Shown: positions 11,766-23,100 of the stretch, one piece after another
How positions within the stretch are numbered: position 1 is the stretch's first letter
Layout: each line of letters starts with the position of its first letter
Origin: Pristiophorus japonicus
Taxonomy: Eukaryota
NCBI RefSeq assembly: GCF_044704955.1
Contig: NC_091995.1
Span: 53,506,001 to 53,570,000 of the forward strand
Direction of reading: 5' to 3'
DNA length: 64,000 nt
Made by a program: the position numbers and the translations under genes
Notes under the pieces: model-generated
Databases searched by the model: none
The model's input: the letters and a program-made list of their open reading frames with translations, nothing else
Told to the model about the DNA's origin: nothing

Positions 11766-12293
11766 CAATTCCCCCTTTGATCCCTCCATTCCATGCAAAG
11801 CACCAATAAATCACAGTAAAACAAAGATATGTACAAATAGCAACAGAATTACAACACGGACCCAACAAACATGCACTTAGCTTTTCTCAATCTCTTCCAA
11901 TCATTTTATTGCCATGGTTGCATTGCACTCAAACTCTTCCCATTCCCATAAACACAAGTGACAGAGTTGGCACATTCCAGACCATCACAGACATGGCTGA
12001 GCTACTTTCACACATTGAGTCACCCTCCTTATCTCTGCAGATACATTTGTCTTAAACCTGCTTACACAATACATAGCTCACAACCTGTGCTCAGCTGTTT
12101 TGGCTCATCCTGCACTGGTCCCACAGACAGCCTGGAAAGGGCATTGAGACACTCGGGTAGTGTGACACAGAACACAGTCCCGATCCAGAGTAACATTCCC
12201 TCTACACAGTCCATTCCTCACTCCCGGGAGGAGTAACACTAGACCAGGAGTAACATTCCCTCTACATAGCCCATTCCATGTTCCTGGGGAGCA

Positions 12294-12960
12294 ATCATAG
12301 GCGGCAGTCCCTCGAACTAGGATGACTTGCTTCCACACGAGTTCACTGATGTTTCAATGAAGGACCCGATATTCCAGTCCTGAACTCCAGTTGAGGGGAT
12401 GGAAGATGCCTGTGCGTGGATCTTTTTAACGTGTGGTGACCGTTGCACACCAGCCACCACACGGGCTCGACAGAGCTAGGCCTTTATCCAGTGGCAAGGA
12501 TTAACCAGGATGACTGGAGACCTGTTCTGCTGCACAGATCTAGTGCGCACACATATCGCAGTGTGGGCTGGCCCGTGCTGCCCCTGGGTCCTCGGCTCTT
12601 CTGGGCTCTGAACTCAAGCCTCTCCTAGACCCTAATCACATCCCTCTACAGTCTCTCGCCGCTCCTTCGCCCTGACCTCGCCGCTCCTGCTGTACCTGCC
12701 CACGTGCCAATCACCGACCTGGATCTTGGTGATGTCCCTCTTCACTGACGTCGCTCTCCTGCTCCAGTGCGTGCTGCTCTCTGGAGTGGTACGCCCCCAC
12801 GCTGCTCCTTCCGCTCCCCGGCCTGCTCCGAAGGTGCTCTCAGGCTGGGGGCCGCTCAGCCTGTTGGGCCAGGCCTCCATGCTGCTTCTTCCGCTCCCCA
12901 GCCTGCTCCTACAGATAGCCTGAGGAATTGCTTTTCTTACAGATGGGAGCTGGTGCACAG
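12294..12960 (-). mobile_element. Non-autonomous RTE-related element
   Basis: atcataggcggcagtccctcgaactaggatgacttgcttccac matches the RTE 3' tail at 19202-19250, but the body is non-coding and shared with 1855-2030. Confidence 0.6.
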
Positions 12961-13395
12961 TCCAGCTGGACCATTCTCAAAGTCTCTGGGGGGTGGGGGT
13001 GGAGGGGGAGGGGGGGTGGGGGGGGAGAGGTGAACCTGATCTCAGGCCGCAGCACAGAAACTGGTGACAGCGAATCAGCAGGTCTGCTTTACACCCCGCT
13101 CGAAGTCAACGGAAAAGAAAAGTGGGGCAGGGGGTAAAACAGGAGCCCCCTGGCGATCAGCCAAGACCAATCCCACCCCTCACTGCAAAATGGAAAGTTG
13201 AGGGATTTCACTGTCGGGCCGATTGCTGTTTCGGGGACGGGGACGGGGGGACGGGGGGACGGGGGTCGATGATCGGAGAGGTGCTTCCATTGTCAGGGCC
13301 ATGAAGGCTCCTGGTGAAGTGGATTGAGATCTTCAGCACCTTGCCCTTCACTGTCACTGTCCCCTAACATGCTGTATATTTTACCTGGTGTGCAG

Positions 13396-13522
13396 GAGGA
13401 CGAGGGTCGAGTGACACCATTAGTCCTGGCCCAGTGCTGGGGCTGTTGGCTGTGCTGGCAATAATGGCGGGAGTGGTGTAGAGAACGAGAGCAGCAAGGA
13501 GAGAGCAAAGGTGTACGCACAG
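13396..13522 (+). CDS. MHC class I-like connecting peptide/transmembrane exon with in-frame TAG at 13479-13481
   Basis: Acceptor tgcAG (13394-13395) in phase 1 and donor AG|GTGAGT at 13523. Reads GGRGSSDTISPGPVLGLLAVLAIMAGVV*RTRAARREQRCTH: a hydrophobic stretch followed by a basic stop-transfer cluster. Confidence 0.75.
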
Positions 13523-13631
13523 GTGAGTAGGGACACGGGTCCGGCTCCAGATTCCTCTTCACCACCTCAAAACAAACTACTTGACAAGTGAATGTGGCAA
13601 TCTCTAACCTCGTCCCCTTTCTCATCCCCAG

Positions 13632-14562
13632 ATCAGCATTAATTGCTAACCCAAACCGTGACTCTCACTAGCTGCACTGCTCTCAGTACAAGATGGAGGC
13701 TCTCGCTGCTGTACAGACAAGTGAAGACGAACCTGAGCAAGTTCTGCGTTTCCTCCAACATGGTCACTGGTTGGATGGATCTTTTGCTACTTTGCACTGA
13801 CCTCTGTTATTAATTTTGTACTGTTTTGTTTAAGGCCAAACTCTGGGCCTGGGTCTCAATGTACTGCCGCTTAACCTTTGAACCTTGGCTTCTCAATCGG
13901 CACCTTGACTTTTGAACCCTAGCTTCCCAATCGGCGCCTTGACCGTTGAATCCGAGCATCCCAATCGGCATCTTGACCGTTGAACCCTGGCTTCCCAATC
14001 GACAGCTTGACCATTGAATCCTGGGAATCCGATCAGCACCTTGACCGTTGAACCCAAGTGTCCTAATCTGCACCGTGACCCTTGAACCCTGCAGTTCCCT
14101 TTGGCACCTTAACCTTTGAACCCTAGGTTCCTATTCGGCACCTTGACCTTTGAACACTCGGGTTCCCAGTCAGCCCAGACACACTGGGGCATAGTCTCCT
14201 ATCTCCAATGACTTACACGAGATGAATTAGCGTCCGTCTCAGTCCAGTTCTGAAGCTCTCCCCGACTCTAACTGGCAATGGCCCTGGGAGAGGCCCCTGG
14301 CCGGTGCGGCAAAGGGAACAATGCCAGAGCAGTGCCAGGGCGGGTTGGGGCTGAGACATGTTGATGGCACAGAGTAGAGGGAGCTTTCCTATGCAGCTGA
14401 CGCTGTGGGACATTCATGGACTAGTGTCATCAAACATGGACAACACTGGAATAAATCAGGACCGTGGGATGTACGAACCCTTCAGCTCAGGGATTTCTTA
14501 AACTGGAAATGATAAATATTTTCAATCTGTATTTTTGTATGAAATTTTTTCCTGCTATTAAA
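13632..14562 (+). other. Last exon: in-frame cytoplasmic tail (R)SALIANPNRDSH* at 13632-13671, then 3'UTR
   Basis: Intron 13523-13631 has a branch-like ctctaac and a pyrimidine tract ending ccccAG; phase 2 matches the TM exon donor. Candidate poly(A) signals are AATAAA 14450-14455 and ATTAAA 14557-14562. Confidence 0.55.
13865..14170. repeat. Degenerate 34-bp tandem repeat (~9 copies) in the putative 3'UTR
   Basis: Unit ~cggcaccttgaccgttgaaccctggcttcccaat; period 34 (13898 to 13932). Confidence 0.85.
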
Positions 14563-14655
14563 GTGTGTGGTGAGTACAGGCTATCTTGAGGGATCACAAT
14601 GGTTGTCTTGTCTCATCTTCAAAATTGGCAACTGAAGTTGTAACGAGACTGACGG

Positions 14656-15007
14656 TGTCATGTATCCTACATGGCTACTGTTGGTACTATCACAAGGTGT
14701 GCCACCAGAGGGCACAGCAGTGGGAGACTTGTAGGTTACCTGTACAGGTGTGCCTGGCCTAGTGTAAAGTCCTTACACAATACTACAAATCCACACGAGG
14801 CGCATTCTGTAGATAAGGTCACTCTGTGACCTGAACCTGTATTCACAGAACCAAGAAGTGATGACCCTGCGTAGGACCTCCCTTTATATACCTGGATGAC
14901 CCAGGTGAGGAGTGCCTCCCACAAGTTCACCCGCTGTGGTCGAGGTGTGCATTTCTTAGGTGCATACAGTATTGCAGTGTTGTTACATGAAGGTTACAAA
15001 CATGACA
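14656..15007 (-). mobile_element. 3' LTR of Gypsy element
   Basis: 8-bp terminal inverted repeat TGTCATGT...ACATGACA; minus-strand polypurine tract GGGGGAGGGAGGTGA (15008-15022) abuts the LTR; minus-strand TATATAAA at ~14883-14890. Confidence 0.7.
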
Positions 15008-15037
15008 TCACCTCCCTCCCCCAACGTCTTATTGGAA

Positions 15038-17597
15038 TCATAGATTAAGTCTCTCAGGTGGTCTGCGCTCCCTCGTGGAGCGCCGCAGTTGGGGCTCTGG
15101 CTGTTGAGCCTTGGCCTGCGTGTCTGTCCCCTGTGGTGATTCCGGCCTGTCCGGGCTGACCGCAGGGACTGTGCATGCTACTGAATGTTCTTGTTGCTTG
15201 TTCACTGGTGGTGGTGTGAATACCATCTCATGATCTTCCTCAGGTTCCTCAGTGTCCATGCTGAACCTTTTTTTTTACTTGGTCTAGATGCTTGCGGCAT
15301 ATCTGCCCATTGTTAAGTCTAACCACTTTGACCCTATTCCCCTCTTTCCCTATTACAGTACCTTCAAGCCATTTGGACCCCGAAGCATGATTGAGAACAA
15401 ATACAGGGTCATCGATTTCTATACATCACCCCTTTGAATTACGGTCATGGTACTCGTTTTGGGACTGGGGCTTGCCCTCAACAATGTCTGACAGGACTGG
15501 ATGAATGAGGGACAGCCGAGTTTTGAGTGTACGTTTCACAAGTAGTTCTGCGGGCGGGACCCCCGTGAGCGAGTGCGGTCGGGACCTATAGGCCAGTAGG
15601 AGGCGCGATAGGCGGCATTGAAGGGAGGGTCCTTGAATCCGGAACATGCCCTGTTTTATGATTTGGACCGCACGTTCCGCCTGACCATTGGAGGCCGGCT
15701 TGAACGGTGCTGTCCTGACATGGTTGATGCCATTACCCAACATGAACTCCCGGAATTCATAGCTAGTGAAACACGGGCCGTTGTCGCTAACAAGGATCTC
15801 CGGCAAGCCATGGGTCGCAAAGACCGCACGTAGACTCTCCACAGTGGTGGATGTTGTGCACGAATTCAAAATGATGCACTCGATCCATTTCGAGTAGGCA
15901 TCAACTGCAATGAGAAACATTTTTCCCCTGAACGGGCCCGCGTAGTCTACGTGAATACGTGACCATGCCCTGGTAGGCCAGGGCCACGGGCTGAGTGCGC
16001 CCTCCCTGGGGGCATTGCCCAACTGGGCACATGTTGTGCACCTGCGAACACAGTGTTCCAGGTCTGAGTCAATTCCCGGCCACCACACATGTGACCGGGC
16101 AATGGCCTTCATCAGCACGATGCCTGGGTGCTCGCTGTGGAGTTCCCTGATGAATGCTTCCCTGCCCCTCTGGGGCATAACTACCCGGCTGTCCCAGAGT
16201 AGGCAGTCGGCTTGGATGGAGAGCTCATCCATCCATCTGTGAAACGGTCTGAGCTCCTCAGGGCATGCTCCGTGTGCGGGCACTCAATCCCCAGTCAGGA
16301 CACATTTCTTAATCAGGGATAGGAGGGGATCTCTGTTTGTCCAAATTTTGATCTGGCGGGCTGTGATGGGGGAGCCTGCACTGTCAAAGGCATCAACGGC
16401 CATGACCATCTCAGCGCTTTGCTCAGCTGCCCCCTCGGTGGTGGCCAGTGGAAGCCTGCTGAGTGCATCAGCGCAATTTTCGGTGCCTGGCCGGCGCCAT
16501 ATGGCGTAATCATACGCAGCCAGCGTGAGAGCCCATCGCTGTATTCGAGCTGACGCATTGGCATTGACAGCTTTGCTGTCAGACAGCAGGGATGTTAATG
16601 GCTTGTGGTCCGTTTCTAACTCGAATCTCCTGCCAAAAAGGTACTGATGCATCTTTTTCACCCCATTGACACATGCGAGTGCTTCCTTTTCAAACTTCCC
16701 ATATCCCCGTTCTGCTTGAGAAAGTGATCTGGAGGCATAAGCCACAGGTTGGAGGTGGCCCTCATCATTACTCTGCTGCAACACGCACCCAATCCCATAG
16801 GATGATGCATCACATGTCAGAACCAATTTCTTACAGGGGTCGTACAGGGTCAACAGCTTATTTGAACAAAGTAGGTTCCGTGCCCGATTGAAAGCCCGTT
16901 CCTGACAGTTCCCCAAAACCAATCATAACCCTTACGCAGGAGCACGTGTAGCGGCTTCAACAATGTGCTTAAGTTCGGCAGAAAGTTCCCGAAATAGTTC
17001 AAGAGTCCCAGAAATGAACGCAACTCCGATGTGTTGCAGGGTCTAGGCGCTCGTCGAATCGCCTCTGTTTTGGATTCGGTGGGCCGAATCCAGACTGCAG
17101 CAACCCTCCTGCCCAGAAACTCGCCCTCGGGGGCCAAAAACACAAACGTAGGCTTCTTGAGTCGCAGGCCTACCCGGTCCAGTCGGCGTAGCTCCTCCTC
17201 CAGGTTATGGAGGTGTTCCTCGGTGCCTTGACCCATGAAATACAATTGTTCCAGGAATGGATTTGAGCAGGCTTTCCATGTTCCTTTGAAAAATCGCGGC
17301 TCCTGATCGAATGCCAAACGGACATCTGTTGTAGACAAACAGTCCCTTTTGCGTGGTGATGGTGGTCAGTAGTTTGGATTCGTCGGCCAGTTCCTGGGTC
17401 ATGTAGGCTGCACGCACGGCATTCCACTGATCTTACCCCCAAGGAATCCCCGAGGAAATACCCGGCGTCCGACCGGAAACGACTTCGAATTGCAGCCGGA
17501 GATTTGTCATGTTCATAATGTGACACCAGTGTTACTGGGCCACCTACAGATGTCACAGGGTTAGTATGGACACTAACAGGGCAAAAACCCATCGGAC
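15038..17597 (-). pseudogene. pol: Decayed Gypsy/Ty3 pol (RT - RNase H - integrase)
   Basis: Integrase with H..HPG...C..C zinc finger, HVDYAGP, VSDNGP and SNGQAERAV; RNase H LTCDASSYG, EKEALA, TDHKPL; RT fragments. In-frame TGA at 16284-16286, frameshifts, and RT catalytic DD motif missing. Confidence 0.92.
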
Positions 17598-19112
17598 AGT
17601 CATTTTCCAACATTCCATTGACTCTGGATCAGTTCCTATGGAGTGGAGGGTAGCCAATGTAACCCCACTTTTTAAAAAAGGAGGGAGAGAGAAAACAGGG
17701 AATTATAGACCGGTCAGCCTGACATCGGTAGTGGGTAAAATGATGGAATCAATTATTAAGGATGTCATAGCAGTGCATTTGGAAAGAGGTGACATGATAG
17801 GTCCAAGTCAGCATGGATTTGTGAAAGGGAAATCATGCTTGACAAATCTTCTGGAATTTTTTGAGGATGTTTCCAGTAGAGTGGATAAGGGAGAACCAGT
17901 TGATGTGGTATATTTGGACTTTCAGAAGGCGTTCGACAAGGTCCCACACAAGAGATTGATGTGCAAAGTTAGAGCACATGGGATTGGGGGTAGTGTACTG
18001 ACATGGATTGAGAACTGGTTGTCAGACAGGAAGCAAAGAGTAGGAGTAAATGGGTACTTTTCAGAATGGCAGGCAGTGACTAGTGGGGTACCGCAAGGTT
18101 CTGTGCTGGGGCCCCAGCTGTTTACACTGTACATTAATGATTTAGATGAGGGGATTAAATGTAGTATCTCCAAATTTGCGGATGACACTAAGTTGGGTGG
18201 CACTGTGAGCTGCGAGGAGGATGCTGTGAGGCTGCAGAGCGACTTGGATAGGTTAGGTGAGTGGGCAAATGCATGGCAGATGAAGTATAATGTGGATAAA
18301 TGTGAGGTTATCCACTTTGGTGGTAAAAACAGAGAGGCAGACTATTATCTGAATGGTGACAGATTAGGAAAAGGGGAGGTGCAAAGAGACCTGGGTGTCA
18401 TGGTACATCAGTCATTGAAGGTTGGCATGCAGGTGCAGCAGGCGGTTAAGAAAGCAAATGGCATGTTGGCCTTCATAGCAAGGGGATTTGAGTACAGGGG
18501 CAGGGAGGTGTTGCTACAGTTGTACAGGGCATTGGTGAGTCCACACCTGGAGTATTGTGTACAGTTTTGGTCTCCTAACCTGAGGAAGGACATTCTTGCT
18601 ATTGAGGGAGTGCAGCGAAGGTTCACCAGACTGATTCCCGGGATGGCGGGACTGACCTATCAAGAAAGACTGGATCAACTGGGCTTGTATTCACTGGAGT
18701 TCAGAAGAATGAGAGGGGACCTCATAGAAACATATAAAGTTCTGACGGGGTTAGACAGGTTAGATACAGGAAGAATGTTCCCAATGTTGGGGAAGTCCAG
18801 AACCAGGGGTCACAGTCTAAGGATAAGGGGTAAGCCATTTAGGACCGAGATGCGGAGGAACTTCTTCACCCAGAGAGTGGTGAACCTGTGGAATTCTCTA
18901 CCACAGAAAGTTGTTGAGGCCAATTCACTAAATATATTCAAAAAGGAGTTAGATGAGGTCCTTACTGCTAGGGGGATCAAGGGGTATGGCGAGAAAGCAG
19001 GAATGGGGTACTGAAGTTGAATGTTCAGCCATGAACTCATTGAATGGCGGTGCAGGCTAGAAGGGCCGAATGGCCTACTCCTGCACCTATTTTCTATGTT
19101 TCTATGTTTCTA
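17598..19112 (+). mobile_element. Young 5'-truncated CR1 LINE with uninterrupted RT frame (~470 aa)
   Basis: Open frame to 19014 with GVPQGSVLGP and SKFADDTK; 3'UTR stem and (TTCTATGT)n tail at ~19092-19112. Confidence 0.97.
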
Positions 19113-19201
19113 TAAGAGTTATCAATGGGAGGGTGTGACAGGTATAGAGATTTTAATAATACACTGGCTGATCTCCCCTGTACACAGTGAGTCAAGGCTT
19201 A

Positions 19202-19800
19202 ATCATCATCATAAGCAGTCCCTCGGAATCGAGGAAGACTTGCTTCCACTCTAAAAGTGAGTTCTCAGGTGACTGAACAGTCCAATACTGGAATTACAGT
19301 CTCTGTCACAGGTGGGACAGACCGTGGTTGAAGGAAAGGGTGGGTGGGGAGTCTGGTTTGCCGCACGCTCCTTCTGCTGCCTGCGCTTGTTTTCTGCATG
19401 CTCTCGACGACGAGACTCGAGATGCTCAGCGACCTTCTTCCACTTAGGACGATCTTGGGCCAGGGACTTCCAGGTGTCAGTGAGGATGTTGTACTTTATC
19501 AGGGGGGTATTGAGGGTGTCCTTGTAACGTTTCCACTGCCCACCTGGGGCTCGCTTACCATGTAGGAGTTCCGAGTAGAGCACTTGCTTTGGGAATCTTG
19601 TGTCTGGCATGCGGACCATCCAACGGAGCTGGTCGAGTGTGGTCAGTGCTTCGATGCTGGAGATGTTGGCCTGATCGAGAACACTGACTTTGGTGCGTCT
19701 ATCCTCCCAGGGGATTTGCAGGATCTTGCGGAGGCAGCGTTGGTATTTCTCCAGTGTTTTGAGGTGTCTACTGTATATGGTCCACGTCTCTGAGCCATAT
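19202..19800 (-). mobile_element. RTE-clade LINE 3' fragment
   Basis: RMPDTRFPKQVLYSEL..GKRAPGGQWKRYKD...CPTCDRDCNSSIGLFSHLRTH, the RTE C-terminus with C2H2-like motif; (ATG)n tail on the minus strand. Confidence 0.85.
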
Positions 19801-19906
19801 ATAGCCGACAGGTGATGCAGGGTTAGTGGGTGGAAGATAATTAGACCTGGTGGAGCAGTTGTAATTCACTGCTTCTTACAGTCAGAGGTTCGGTCCTTAT
19901 TTTTGG

Positions 19907-20106
19907 NNNNNNNNNNNNNNNNNNNNNNNNNNNNNNNNNNNNNNNNNNNNNNNNNNNNNNNNNNNNNNNNNNNNNNNNNNNNNNNNNNNNNNNNNNNNNN
20001 NNNNNNNNNNNNNNNNNNNNNNNNNNNNNNNNNNNNNNNNNNNNNNNNNNNNNNNNNNNNNNNNNNNNNNNNNNNNNNNNNNNNNNNNNNNNNNNNNNNN
20101 NNNNNN
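19907..20106. other. Assembly gap (200 N)
   Basis: Run of exactly 200 N, likely a fixed-size scaffolding placeholder. Confidence 0.99.
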
Positions 20107-23100
20107 ACAGGACAGAGAATGGAGAGCACCAGTTCAAACTGTCACAGGACAGAGAGTGGAGAGCACCAGTTCCAACTGTCACAGGACAGAGAGTGGAGAG
20201 CACCAGTTCAAACTGTCACAGGACAGAGAGTGGACAGCACCAGTTCAAACTGTCACAGGACAGAGAGTGGAGAGCACCAGTTCAAACTGTCACAGGACAG
20301 TGAGTGGAGAGCACCAGTTCCAACTGTCACAGGACAGAGAGTGGAGAGAACCAGTTCAAACTGTCACAGGATGGGAGAGTGGAGAGCACCAGTTCAAACT
20401 GTCAGAGGACAGAGAGTGGAGAGCACCAGTTCAAACTGTAACAGGACAGTGAGTGGAGAGCAACAGTTCAAACTGTCACAGGACAGAGAGTGGAGAGCAC
20501 CAGTTCAAACTGTCACAGGACAGAGAGTGGAGAGCACCAGTTCAAACTGTCACAGGAGAGAGAGTGGAGAGCACCAGTTCAAACTGTCACAGGACAGAGA
20601 GTGGAGAGCACCAGTTCAAACTGTCACAGGACAGAGAGTGGAGAGCACCAGTTCCAACTGTCACAGGACGGGAGAGTGGAGAGCACCAGTTCACACTGTC
20701 ACAGGACAGAGAGTGGGGAGCACCAGTTCCAACTGTCACAGGACAGAGAGTGGAGAGCACCAGTTCAAACTGTCACAGGACAGAGAGTGGAGAGCACCAG
20801 TTCCAACTGTCACAGGACAGAGAGTGGAGAGCACCAGTTCCAACTGTCACAGGACAGAGAGTGGAGAGCACCAGTTCAAACTGTCACAGGACAGAGAGTG
20901 GAGTGCACCAGTTCAAACTGTCACAGGACAGAGAGTGGAGAGCACCAGTTCAAACTGTCACAGGACAGAGAGTGGAGAGCACCAGTTCCAACTGTCACAG
21001 GACATAGAGTGGAGAGCACCAGTTCAAACTGTCACAGGACAGAGAGTGGAGAGCACCAGTTCAAACTGTCACAGGACAGAGAGTGGAGAGCACCAGTTCA
21101 AACTGTCACAGGACAGAGAGTGGAGAGCACCAGTTCCAACTGTCACAGGACAGAGAGTGGACAGCACCAGTTCAAACTGTCACAGGACAGAGCGTGGAGA
21201 GCACCAGTTCCAACTGTCACAGGACAGAGAGTGGAGAGCACCAGTTCAAACTGTCACAGGACAGAGAGTGGAGAGCACCAGTTCCAACTGTCACAGGAAA
21301 GAAAGTGGAGAGCACCAGTTCAAACTGTCACAGGACAGAGAGTGGAGAGCACCAGTTCCAACTGTCACAGGACAGAGAGTGGAGAGCACCAGTTCAAACT
21401 GTCACAGGACAGAGAGTGGAGAGCACCAGTTCCAACTGTCACAGGACAGAGAGTGGAGAGCACCAGTTCAAACTGTCACAGGACAGAGAGTGGAGAGCAC
21501 CAGTTCAAACTGTCACAGGACAGAGAGTGGAGAGCACCAGTTCAAACTGTCACAGGAGAGAGAGTGGAGAGCACCAGTTCAAACTGTCACAGGACAGAGC
21601 GTGGAGAGCACCAGTTCCAACTGTCACATGACGGGAGAGTGGAGAGCACCAGTTCAAACTATCACAGGACAGAGAGTGGAGAGCACCAGTTCCAACTGTC
21701 ACAGGACAGAGAGTGGAGAGCACCAGTTCAAACTGTCACAGGACAGAGAGTGGAGAGCACCAGTTCCAACTGTCACAGGACAGAGAGTGGAGAGCACCAG
21801 TTCCAACTGTCACAGGACAGAGAGTGGAGAGCATCAGTTTCAACTGTCACAGGACAGAGAGTGGAGAGCACCATTTCCAACTGTCACAGGACAGAGAGTG
21901 GAGAGCACCAGTTCCAACTGTCACAGGACAGAGAGTGGAGAGCACCAGTTCCAACTGTCACAGGACAGTGAGTGGAGAGCACCAGTTCCAACTGTCACAG
22001 GACGGGAGAGTGGAGAGCACCAGTTCACACTGTCACAGGACAGAGAGTGGGGAGCACCAGTTCCAACTGTCACAGGACAGAGAGTGGAGAGCACCAGTTC
22101 AAACTGTCACAGGACAGAGAGTGGAGAGCACCAGTTCCAACTCTCACAGGACAGAGAGTGGAGAGCACCAGTTCCAACTGTCACAGGACAGAGAGTGGAG
22201 AGCACCAGTTCAAACTGTCACAGGACAGAGAGTGGAGAGCACCAGTTCAAACTGTCACAGGACAGAGAGTGGAGAGCACCAGTTCCAACTGTCACAGGAC
22301 AGAGAGTGGAGAGCACCAGTTCAAACTGTCACAGGACAGAGAGTGGAGAGCACCAGTTCAAACTGTCACAGGACAGAGAGTGGACAGCACCAGTTCCAAC
22401 TGTCACAGGACAGAGAATGGAGAGCACCAGTTCAAACTGTCACAGGACAGTGAGTGGAGAGCACCAGTTCCAACTGTCACAGGACAGAGAGTGGAGAGCA
22501 CCAGTTCAAACTGTCACAGGATGGGAGAGTGGAGAGCACCAGTTCCAACTGTCACAGGAAAGAAAGTGGAGAGCACCAGTTCAAACTGTCACAGGACAGA
22601 GAGTGGAGAGCACCAGTTCCAACTGTCACAGGACAGAGAGTGGAGAGCACCAGTTCAAACTGTCACAGGACAGAGAGTGGAGAGCACCAGTTCCAACTGT
22701 CACAGGACAGAGAGTGGAGAGCACCAGTTCAAACTGTCACAGGACAGAGAGTGGAGAGCACCAGTTCAAACTGTCACAGGACAGAGAATGGAGAGCACCA
22801 GTTCAAACTGTCACAGGAGAGAGAGTGGAGAGCACCAGTTCAAACTGTCACAGGACAGAGCGTGGAGAGCACCAGTTCCAACTGTCACATGACGGGAGAG
22901 TGGAGAGCACCAGTTCAAACTATCACAGGACAGAGAGTGGAGAGCACCAGTTCCAACTGTCACAGGACAGAGAGTGGAGAGCACCAGTTCAAACTGTCAC
23001 AGGACAGAGAGTGGAGAGCACCAGTTCCAACTGTCACAGGACAGAGAGTGGAGAGCACCAGTTCCAACTGTCACAGGACAGAGAGTGGAGAGCATCAGTT

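Noticed and set aside
17566-19014. 482-aa ORF as a domesticated or autonomous reverse transcriptase
   Set aside because: It is a 5'-truncated CR1 lacking the endonuclease; the ATG comes from flanking sequence and the standard CR1 tail follows.
19300-19330. Resemblance of RTE segment ctgtcacaggtgggacagaccgtgg to the satellite monomer (possible origin)
   Set aside because: Only ~10-16 matching bases with a gap, which is not distinguishable from chance by eye.
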